A stretch of 64,000 bases of DNA from an uncultured Clostridia bacterium (GTDB taxonomy: Bacteria > Bacillota > Clostridia > Christensenellales > UBA1242), in NCBI GenBank assembly GCA_944381155.1, contig CALWKA010000003.1:3530-67529 (forward strand), written 5' to 3'. Below are positions 1 to 7,620 of the stretch, one piece after another. The notes below the pieces were generated by a model. That model was not told the origin of the DNA and did not search any database. It saw only the letters and a list, made by a program, of their open reading frames with translations. Position 1 is the stretch's first letter. Every line of letters starts with the position of its first letter. A program made the translations under genes and the position numbers.

Positions 1-91
1 AGAAAACATTTCAATATGCTTTGAAAAATTTTATTCAACAAAGATAAAATATTTGAAAATTCATAAAATATCAATTTAGCAATCAAATAAG

Positions 92-120
92 TTGCAATTT
101 TTTTCAATATTTTGTAGTAT
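92..120 (+). promoter_or_regulatory. candidate sigma-A promoter for frr
   Basis: TTGCAA (92-97), 17-nt spacer, TAGTAT (115-120); a GGAGA Shine-Dalgarno precedes ATG 139. Confidence 0.3.
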
Positions 121-138
121 AAACTTATAGGAGAAATT

Positions 139-705
139 ATGAACGAAAATGTTGAAATGGCGAAAATGGAATTTGAAGAAAATTTGAACAAGCAATTTAA
201 TAGATTAATCGACGAATATATGATGATTAGAGTGGGCAGAGCGAATCCGAAGTTGATAGAAAATATCAAAGTAGATTATTACGGGACGCGTACTCCAATC
301 ATCCAGACCAGCAACATCACAGTGCAAGACGCGCGTATGCTCGTGATATCACCTTGGGACGCTAGCACAATCAAAGCGATCAAAACAGGAATTGAGTCTG
401 CAAATTTGGGAGTGTCCGTTAGCGATGACGGCAAGATAATTCGTATAGGATTCCCTATTCTCACCGAAGAGAGAAGGAAAGAGTTTTCAAAGGACGCAAA
501 AAAACTTTTGGAAGAATGCAAGATTGCTATGCGAAATGCTAGACGAGATTGTTTGGATGTTTTCAAAGAGATGAAAAAGAATTCGACCATTAGCGAGGAT
601 GAATATAATACGCTTGAAAAGGAAGTGCAAAAATCATTAGATTCATTCACTGAAAAAGCGGATAAGAGTTGTGAAAAGAAAATTGCAGAGATAATGGAAG
701 TGTAG
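139..705 (+). CDS. frr: ribosome recycling factor
   Basis: 188-aa ORF with SD; RRF-typical sequence over the full length (RANPKLIENIKVDYYG, LTEERRKE); lies upstream of uppS-cdsA as in other Firmicutes. Confidence 0.95.
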   Translation: MNENVEMAKMEFEENLNKQFNRLIDEYMMIRVGRANPKLIENIKVDYYGTRTPIIQTSNITVQDARMLVISPWDASTIKAIKTGIESANLGVSVSDDGKIIRIGFPILTEERRKEFSKDAKKLLEECKIAMRNARRDCLDVFKEMKKNSTISEDEYNTLEKEVQKSLDSFTEKADKSCEKKIAEIMEV

Positions 706-706
706 A

Positions 707-1426
707 ATGAATTTTGAAAAATTAAAAAATGATCCAAGATTACCACAGCACATTGCATTTATCATTGACGGCAATGGCAGGTGGGCAAAACACAGGGGAT
801 TGCCTAGGAGTTTGGGGCACAAAGCCGGCTTTGACAATTTGAAGAAACACACGGAATATGTAGAGCAATTGGGCATAAAAAATTTGTCTTTATATTGTTT
901 TAGCAAAGAAAATTGGAACAGACCAAAGGATGAAGTTGAATATCTGATGACGCTGTTTGATCAAATGTTAGACGAGTACAAACGCGATTATTTAAACAAG
1001 GATGTGCGCATCATTATTTCTGGCGATATGGAAGATGAAAGATTGCCTGAAAGTGTGAGAAAAAAAGCAAAAGAGTTGATGGAATTGACAAAAGACAAAA
1101 CGGGATTTATAATCAATCCGTGCATAAATTATGGCGGAAGGCAGGAGATAGTCAAGGCGGTCAACGAATTGCTACAAGAAGGCAAAAAGCAAGTGGATGC
1201 AACCGAATTTGAAAAGCATTTGTATACAAAAGATTTGCTCCCGTTAGATTTTATTATACGAACTTCTGGCGAATTGCGGACCAGCAATTTTTTGCCTTGG
1301 CAGTCCACTTATAGCGAGTGGTATTTTCCAAAAACGCTTTGGCCAAGTTTTAGCAAAAAAGATTTGGTGCGCGCGCTGATCGCCTATATGAAACGCAATC
1401 GACGATTCGGGGCAATAAAAGGATAG
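707..1426 (+). CDS. uppS: undecaprenyl diphosphate synthase
   Basis: HIAFIIDGNGRWA and IRTSGE.R.SNFL motifs; 239 aa; conserved position. Confidence 0.95.
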   Translation: MNFEKLKNDPRLPQHIAFIIDGNGRWAKHRGLPRSLGHKAGFDNLKKHTEYVEQLGIKNLSLYCFSKENWNRPKDEVEYLMTLFDQMLDEYKRDYLNKDVRIIISGDMEDERLPESVRKKAKELMELTKDKTGFIINPCINYGGRQEIVKAVNELLQEGKKQVDATEFEKHLYTKDLLPLDFIIRTSGELRTSNFLPWQSTYSEWYFPKTLWPSFSKKDLVRALIAYMKRNRRFGAIKG

Positions 1427-1441
1427 AATAAAAGGATAGAG

Positions 1442-2341
1442 ATGAAACAAAGATCAATTACAAGTTTTTTTATAGTTTTGGTGGTGGCACTTGCAGTCGC
1501 TAGCAAGTTTTTGCCATACGACATTGGAGATTATATCTTTGATTTGTTTATATTATGTGTGACAGTGGTTGCGTCATTTGAAATGAGTCATTTGATGGAA
1601 AATTGCAATAAAAAAGTGAATAAATATTTATCTTCAATGTATGCGATTTTCAACTATATTATTTTGATATGTTGTTTCAAATTGCTTGAATTTTATTATA
1701 TCATATTGATCCAATTAGCAGGATTGATAGTATATTTTATTTTGATTTTGATCACCGAATCTATCAAAAACAATGCTAGGACTTTCAAAGAAAATGTGTT
1801 GGTCAGTTTGAATAGCATTTTAGTGTGCTTTTATCCTGGATTCTTGTTTTGTTTATTCTTGAATATTAATCATATTGATTTTTATGCGGGAGTAGAGTAT
1901 TTTTCAATTGCATTTATCTTGCTCGTATTTGCTATCACAATGCTTTCAGATACTTTTGCATATCTTGTGGGTAGAACTTTCAAAGGTCCAAAACTAGCGC
2001 CATCAATCAGCCCGAATAAAACGATTAGCGGGGCAATAGGTGGTCTTTTAGGCGGGATCGCGGGCAGTATGTTAGTTTATGCTTTGCTCTATAATGTTGA
2101 TTCAATGAGCGCAATTCTCACGATGTACAATCTCACTTGGTGGCATTTCTTGCTAATTGGACTAATTGGCTCGTTGGTTAGTCAAATTGGCGATCTGGTG
2201 GAAAGCAAAATTAAACGCGTTGCAAACATAAAAGATAGTGGAAATATATTGCCCGGGCACGGCGGTATGCTAGATAGAATTGATGCAATGATTTTTTGTG
2301 TCACATTACTATATATCGTGTCCTTCATTATAATCATTTAA
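1442..2341 (+). CDS. cdsA: phosphatidate cytidylyltransferase
   Basis: polytopic membrane ORF with the CdsA signature SDTFAYLVGRTFKG...ISPNKT.SG and a C-terminal GHGG.LDR.D. Confidence 0.9.
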   Translation: MKQRSITSFFIVLVVALAVASKFLPYDIGDYIFDLFILCVTVVASFEMSHLMENCNKKVNKYLSSMYAIFNYIILICCFKLLEFYYIILIQLAGLIVYFILILITESIKNNARTFKENVLVSLNSILVCFYPGFLFCLFLNINHIDFYAGVEYFSIAFILLVFAITMLSDTFAYLVGRTFKGPKLAPSISPNKTISGAIGGLLGGIAGSMLVYALLYNVDSMSAILTMYNLTWWHFLLIGLIGSLVSQIGDLVESKIKRVANIKDSGNILPGHGGMLDRIDAMIFCVTLLYIVSFIIII

Positions 2342-2633
2342 AATTGAATACAAATAGTGCAAAATTTGCATTAATTTTTCTAAAACTTCGTGCTAAATAA
2401 TACATATTATTAGAAATATATTTAGGGAATATTGACTTAATAAATTTTAGTGATGAATTAATTTTTTTAAATTTATTTATAGTTCATAATTTTTAATTTT
2501 TTGATATTTTAGGTAAAAATGTTTTAAATTTGCGAAAATTGTAAAATTTGATAAATTCAAACATTTTCTAATTATTTTTCTTGCATTTTCTCGTTATAAT
2601 TATTATAATTTTTTAGTATAAATAAAGGAGAGT

Positions 2634-3809
2634 ATGTCTAATTTACTTAGTGTAGCATCCGTATTTACATATATTGGCTATATCATTTTAGCCATTATTG
2701 TTTTGCTGTTTATGGTGCTAATTCACGAATTGGGACATTATACCGCGGGTAAAATATTAAAATTCAAAATTAATGAATTTAGCATTGGTTTTGGTCCAAA
2801 ATTGATACAAAAAACTAAAAAAAATGGTGAAAAAATTTCACTTCGCGCCCTGCCTTTAGGCGGATATTGTGCATTTGAAGGAGAGGGAGAAGAAGGGCAA
2901 ACTAATCCGCAAGCATTTAATAATCAAAAGCCGTGGAAGCGATTGATTGTGCTATTTTTCGGTGCTTTTTTCAATTTTTTGAGCGCTATAATATTTTCAT
3001 TTATATTGTTGATTTCATCAGGTTATGATTTAGTAGAAATTAAGAATTTGAACGAAAATTCTATAAATTACAACACATTTCAAACGGGCGATGTTATTTA
3101 TGGTATTGACGGGAAAGAGATTGATTTCGTTCACGACGAATATTTTAACAACCTGCTCACCGACTGCGTGACAGATCATTATTCAAAATATGACGGGAGC
3201 ATTGCGGATCTAGAAAATGAATACTCATTTTCAGACGAAGGGAAAACTTATTATTTTGATATGCAATCAATCAATTTTAATGTAAGGCGAGCAGGTGAAG
3301 ATATTGAAATCACGGGGTATATTAATGTCATATATGATGACAAAGGCGAATATGCCGGTTGGTCACTTTACAGCACAAATCAAGCAGATTCAAACGAATT
3401 TTCAATAGGCAATTATAAATATTCATTTTGGGAAAGTCTAGTAGAAGCGATACCTTTCACATGCAAATGGGCTTGGAAAATCCTTGTGATATTAGGTCAG
3501 TTGTTGACAGGGCAGCTATCCTTGACATCATTAGGCGGGCCAGTCACCACAATAAACACCATCGCTTCATACACTCAAACAGGTGGGTGGGCATATTTAG
3601 CAATATTATTGCCATTGATTGCTGTGAATTTGGCAGTGTTTAATCTGTTGCCAATACCTGCTTTGGACGGCTTCCAAATGATATTTGTAATTATTGAATG
3701 GATAAGGAAAAAGCCTTTAAAACAAACCGTGATCAACACTATAAATAATGTAGGATTGATAGTATTATTATGTTTTGTGGTGTTGGTGGACATATTGCAA
3801 TTTGTTTAA
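2634..3809 (+). CDS. rseP: RIP (site-2) zinc metalloprotease RseP/RasP
   Basis: HELGH in TM1, central PDZ-like region, NLLPIPALDG motif; AGGAG SD. Confidence 0.9.
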   Translation: MSNLLSVASVFTYIGYIILAIIVLLFMVLIHELGHYTAGKILKFKINEFSIGFGPKLIQKTKKNGEKISLRALPLGGYCAFEGEGEEGQTNPQAFNNQKPWKRLIVLFFGAFFNFLSAIIFSFILLISSGYDLVEIKNLNENSINYNTFQTGDVIYGIDGKEIDFVHDEYFNNLLTDCVTDHYSKYDGSIADLENEYSFSDEGKTYYFDMQSINFNVRRAGEDIEITGYINVIYDDKGEYAGWSLYSTNQADSNEFSIGNYKYSFWESLVEAIPFTCKWAWKILVILGQLLTGQLSLTSLGGPVTTINTIASYTQTGGWAYLAILLPLIAVNLAVFNLLPIPALDGFQMIFVIIEWIRKKPLKQTVINTINNVGLIVLLCFVVLVDILQFV

Positions 3810-3810
3810 A

Positions 3811-3848
3811 AGTCAGAATTGGTATAGTTGACAATTTTGACTTTTTTT
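3811..3848 (+). terminator. rho-independent terminator after rseP
   Basis: AGTCAGAATTG (3811-3821) pairs with CAATTTTGACT (3832-3842, one G-U), followed by a T7 run. Confidence 0.75.
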
Positions 3849-3856
3849 GATAAAAT
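3828..3856 (+). promoter_or_regulatory. sigma-A promoter nested in the rseP terminator, for the PolC-like gene (leaderless candidate)
   Basis: TTGACA (3828-3833), 17-nt spacer, TAAAAT (3851-3856); ATG 3865 lies 8 nt after the -10 and has no SD. Confidence 0.55.
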
Positions 3857-3864
3857 TCCTAATT

Positions 3865-5385
3865 ATGAATGATAGATTAGAAATTTTAGATAGATTATAT
3901 GACGGATTAAAATTCAAAGATGCCACATACACAGAAAAAAATAACACTTGTGTTATGAATTTTTTGTACAATCCAGATGTTTTCAAGCCGAATGAGCAAA
4001 ATCGCGCTGAACTTTTGAAAAAATTTAATGAGTTGATTGGAGATTATGTCAAATACGATATAAAATTCACGAATTGTTCGCTAGACAAGCGTAATATTGC
4101 AAACTATACATATTCGACTATTATGAATATTTTTCCTGCAATTTCAAAGAATTTTACCTATGACGATGTGTCTGTAAACATTGACAATATGAAAGTAAAT
4201 ATTTGTCTGAGATTGTCGCCATCAGCATACGAGTATGCAAAGAGTCTAAATAGAGAAATTTTGATTGCGGAAAAATTGAAAGAAAGTTTTTTGGCTGATT
4301 TTTCTGTTGAGTTTGAGAAAAAAGACGATGAAGTGGTGGTAGAAAATCGCATAGAGAGCAATATAGAATTTATGTCGTCAATTAAGGAAGCAGAAGAGAA
4401 GACGGTATATGAATTGTCGAATCAAGCAAACATTATCGGGACAAATGATTATACATTAGCCACAGATTTTACCAAGTTCAATTCTCCAGTAGAAAATGTT
4501 GCAATTTGCGGAGAAGTTAGTTCAGTTCAGCGCAAGACATACAAGCGAAATTATACTCGTAATGGAGAAACAAAAGAAATAGAACGCACTTTTTACAATT
4601 TTACTTTGCGCAATGAAAATAAATTTTTGTATTGTTCAATTTTTCCAAAGCAAACGGACGAAGCAAAGGGCGATTTGATAGAAGTTGGAATGAAAGTGTG
4701 TTGTTTCGGCTCATTCAGAGAATATAAGGGCAAGATGAATTTCACTGCAAATTCTATAGCAAGATGCGAATACAAACGAGAAGAGATAAAATCTCAATTC
4801 AAACATGTCAACGAAGAATATCATACCGTATTCCCTAAAAAATATATAGATTATGAGCAAGCAGATTTATTTTCTGAAGAAGAAAAGTCATTTGATGGAA
4901 GTTTTGTAGTATTCGATCTGGAAACCACAGGACTAGAACCCACAAAAGATGAAATAATAGAGATTGGCGCGTGTAAAATTTTGCAAGGTAAAATCGTAGA
5001 AACATTTTCTACATTTGTTAAACCCGCAAAAAGTATCCCGAAAGAAATCACAAATTTAACAGGTATTGATAATGGTATGGTGGAAAATGCGCCAACAATC
5101 AATTATGTATTGCCAGATTTTTATAAGTTTTGTTTTGGTTCTACAATGGTAGGGCACAATGTGTCATTTGATATTTCGTTTATATACAATATAGCAAAAA
5201 AATTGTCCTATAATTTTGACAATCCGCTAATGGATACACTTGAGATGGCGCGTGCAAAACTGCCCGGACTGAAAAATTATAAACTAGCAACTGTGGTAGA
5301 TAAATTAAATATTGTATTAGAAAACGCACATAGAGCAATCAATGATGCAACAGCAACGGCAAAAGTTTTTATAAAATTGTATTAA
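3865..5385 (+). CDS. PolC-type N-terminal domain + OB fold + DEDDh 3'-5' exonuclease; no PHP or polymerase core
   Basis: Exo motifs FVVFDLETTGL, HNVSFDISF and HRAINDATATA closely resemble the PolC proofreading domain (PLMDTLEMAR vs PolC PVIDTLELGR). An OB-like segment (VAICGEVSSV...KVCCFGSF) lies upstream. The ORF stops cleanly at the end of the exo domain. The ORF track starts at TTG 3847; ATG 3865 is preferred. Confidence 0.8.
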   Translation: MNDRLEILDRLYDGLKFKDATYTEKNNTCVMNFLYNPDVFKPNEQNRAELLKKFNELIGDYVKYDIKFTNCSLDKRNIANYTYSTIMNIFPAISKNFTYDDVSVNIDNMKVNICLRLSPSAYEYAKSLNREILIAEKLKESFLADFSVEFEKKDDEVVVENRIESNIEFMSSIKEAEEKTVYELSNQANIIGTNDYTLATDFTKFNSPVENVAICGEVSSVQRKTYKRNYTRNGETKEIERTFYNFTLRNENKFLYCSIFPKQTDEAKGDLIEVGMKVCCFGSFREYKGKMNFTANSIARCEYKREEIKSQFKHVNEEYHTVFPKKYIDYEQADLFSEEEKSFDGSFVVFDLETTGLEPTKDEIIEIGACKILQGKIVETFSTFVKPAKSIPKEITNLTGIDNGMVENAPTINYVLPDFYKFCFGSTMVGHNVSFDISFIYNIAKKLSYNFDNPLMDTLEMARAKLPGLKNYKLATVVDKLNIVLENAHRAINDATATAKVFIKLY

Positions 5386-5390
5386 AACTA

Positions 5391-5419
5391 TTGATTATTA
5401 AATTTTTATATGGTATAAT
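5391..5419 (+). promoter_or_regulatory. sigma-A promoter of the rimP-nusA-infB operon
   Basis: TTGATT (5391-5396), 17-nt spacer, TGgTATAAT extended -10 (TATAAT 5414-5419). Confidence 0.55.
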
Positions 5420-5433
5420 ATATATGACGACTA

Positions 5434-5454
5434 GGGAGTGGCATTGCCACTCCT
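5434..5454 (+). promoter_or_regulatory. GC-rich 5'-leader hairpin upstream of rimP (candidate rimP-leader/attenuator)
   Basis: GGAGTGGC-ATT-GCCACTCC (8-9 bp stem) between the promoter and the rimP SD, followed by the U-rich stretch TTAGTTTTAT. Confidence 0.4.
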
Positions 5455-5475
5455 AATTAGTTTTATAGGAGTAAT

Positions 5476-5928
5476 ATGAAAGTAGCAGATTTAGTTTATG
5501 AAAACATAAAGCCACTATTTCGGGATGATATAAGATTAGTGGAAGTAGAGTATGTAAAGCACAACGATGGTATGCACTTGGTCATTTACATTGACAAAGA
5601 TGGTGGAGTGAACATAGATGACTGTGTCAAAGTAAACGATCTTATCAATCAAACGATTGACGATTTGAATCCAACTGGCGATGCATCTTATGTGTTAGAT
5701 GTGTCATCTTATGGGTTAGATAGGCCATTAAAATACGATTGGCAGTTCAAAAAATATCAAAATCAAAAAGTCAATGTGAAACTTTATAGGAAGATTGACG
5801 GCAAAAAAGAGTTTGTGGCAACCCTATTAGGAAAGGATGAAAAAGGTTTTATTTTCAATATTGATGATGAAAATTTTACTATAAATACTGCTGATGTAGC
5901 ATATATTACACCATATATAGAATTTTAA
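5476..5928 (+). CDS. rimP: ribosome maturation factor RimP
   Basis: 150-aa ORF immediately upstream of nusA; RimP-like sequence (LVEVEY...LVIYID.DGGV..DDC, LDVSSYGLDRPL). Confidence 0.9.
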   Translation: MKVADLVYENIKPLFRDDIRLVEVEYVKHNDGMHLVIYIDKDGGVNIDDCVKVNDLINQTIDDLNPTGDASYVLDVSSYGLDRPLKYDWQFKKYQNQKVNVKLYRKIDGKKEFVATLLGKDEKGFIFNIDDENFTINTADVAYITPYIEF

Positions 5929-5941
5929 GGAGTAGACGAAA

Positions 5942-7069
5942 ATGATTAATAAAGATTTTTTTGAAGCATTAAGAGATTTGGAAGCGGAAAAAGGGATAAA
6001 GCAAGAAGTTTTCATTTCAGCATTAGAGCAAGCATTGACTGCAGCGTATAAAAAGAATAGCGGAGAGGCACGCAACGCACAAGTGAAATTGATTCCAGAA
6101 AAGAACACTATTAAAATTTATTCATATAGAACAGTAGTTGACAAAGTTGAAGATGAAGAAAAAGAGATCAGTTTAGTAGATGCACACCAAATTAAGCATT
6201 CGTACAAAGTTGGCGATTTAGTGATGCAGGAAGAAAGCACAAAAGAATTTAACCGCATAGCAGTTCAAACAGCCAAACAGGTCATTACTCAAAAGATCAA
6301 AGAGATTGAGAAACAATCTGTATATAAAGATATTGCAGAAAAAGAAGGAAAACTTATTGTAGCGAATGTAAAGCGAATTGATGGTGAAAATGTTTATCTT
6401 GAGATTGGTGGCACTACGCTTGAAGGATTGCTTACGAAACGCGATATGTTGCCTACAGATCATTTTAAACCAGGTGACAAAGTAAAGGTGTATGTTCGCC
6501 ACATTCATAATGACTTTAAGGGAACGGTAGTTCAGGTGACCAGGACGCACGCAAATTTTGTAAAATTGTTGCTCGAAATGGAAGTGCCAGAACTAACCAA
6601 TGGTGAAGTGACTATTGTAGGAATTGTGCGCGAGGCAGGATTGAGAACAAAAATCGCTGTAACCTCCAGCGTACCAAATCTAGACGCGGTGGGAGCGTGC
6701 ATAGGGAACAGAGGTAGTAGAATTAACCCGGTGATCAACGAATTGAACGGCGAAAAAATAGATATAATAAATTATAGTGAGAATCCAGCAGAATATATTG
6801 TATCAGCCTTGAGCCCAGCCGAAGTGAGCGAAATAACTGTGGATACTGCTGCAGGAGTGGCAAATGTTGTTGTGCCAGAAAATAAACTTTCACTAGCAAT
6901 AGGGAAAGGCGGGCACAATGTCCGTTTGGCAGCGAAACTTACGGGATATAAAATCGATGTCAAACCTACAACAATTGATTCATCTGCACATAAGTCAAAT
7001 GATGTAGTTAGCACTAATAGTGCAAACATTATTCTAGATGATGATTTCTTTGATGATATAGACGAATAA
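5942..7069 (+). CDS. nusA: transcription termination/antitermination factor NusA
   Basis: N-terminal domain, S1 and two KH domains recognisable (GACIGNRGSRI, LAIGKGGHNVRLA). Confidence 0.95.
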   Translation: MINKDFFEALRDLEAEKGIKQEVFISALEQALTAAYKKNSGEARNAQVKLIPEKNTIKIYSYRTVVDKVEDEEKEISLVDAHQIKHSYKVGDLVMQEESTKEFNRIAVQTAKQVITQKIKEIEKQSVYKDIAEKEGKLIVANVKRIDGENVYLEIGGTTLEGLLTKRDMLPTDHFKPGDKVKVYVRHIHNDFKGTVVQVTRTHANFVKLLLEMEVPELTNGEVTIVGIVREAGLRTKIAVTSSVPNLDAVGACIGNRGSRINPVINELNGEKIDIINYSENPAEYIVSALSPAEVSEITVDTAAGVANVVVPENKLSLAIGKGGHNVRLAAKLTGYKIDVKPTTIDSSAHKSNDVVSTNSANIILDDDFFDDIDE

Positions 7070-7079
7070 GAGGTCATCG

Positions 7080-7337
7080 ATGCATTTGAAACAATCTAGA
7101 AGATGTGTAGCGTGCAGACAGAGCAAGCTTCAAAACGAGATGATAAGACTTACCAAAATAAATAATCAAATTTTAATTGACGAAAAAAATAAATTGGGTG
7201 GTCGCGGAGCGTATGTTTGTAAAAATGATGATTGTATAAAACTAGCGATTAAGAAAAAATTGTTTAATCGTGCGTTCAAGATGAATGTAGACAATTCAAT
7301 CTATGATCAATTAGGGGTGTATGAACAAAATAATTAG
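7080..7337 (+). CDS. ylxR: YlxR/RnpM family RNA-binding protein (DUF448)
   Basis: RRC.ACR...K.E.IR and GRGAY.C motifs; conserved position after nusA. Confidence 0.85.
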   Translation: MHLKQSRRCVACRQSKLQNEMIRLTKINNQILIDEKNKLGGRGAYVCKNDDCIKLAIKKKLFNRAFKMNVDNSIYDQLGVYEQNN

Positions 7338-7620
7338 TTATATTGGATTTGCAATTAAAGCAAAAAAAGTAATTGTCGGGCAATCGCATTTAAAACGAAC
7401 GGACAAGAGACTTTTTCTAATATTAGTGTGTTCGTCCGCGAGTGAAAATTTGATCAATCTGGCTAAAAATTTAGCCCTAAAAAATGGATGTGATTTCATT
7501 ATAACAAAACAAAAATTAGATACTTTGACGAATATAAACGATGTTAAAATTATAGGAATCACGGATGAAAATTTAAGCAAAGCAATTATAGAAAATAAGG
7601 AGATAATTAATATTGGCTAA
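7321..7620 (+). CDS. ylxQ: L7Ae-family ribosomal-protein-like YlxQ
   Basis: 99-aa ORF between ylxR and infB; overlaps both neighbours; GFAIKAKKVIVG motif. Confidence 0.8.
   Translation: MNKIISYIGFAIKAKKVIVGQSHLKRTDKRLFLILVCSSASENLINLAKNLALKNGCDFIITKQKLDTLTNINDVKIIGITDENLSKAIIENKEIINIG

Noticed and set aside
279-758. Long antisense or alternative-frame ORFs in the track (for example 279-758, 8944-9645, 33981-34577, 54068-54487, 17334-17771, 7884-8162)
   Set aside because: Each lies opposite or out of frame within a gene with strong homology-type evidence (frr, infB, mutL, spoVAE, nusB/xseA). They have odd composition and no SD or promoter.
2342-2633. Looked for a decayed dxr pseudogene in the cdsA-rseP gap
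   Set aside because: The gap is only 292 bp of A/T-rich DNA with stops in all frames and nothing resembling Dxr motifs. It contains a plausible rseP promoter (TTGCAT-17-TATAAT) and a TGCAAA-A-TTTGCA palindrome only.
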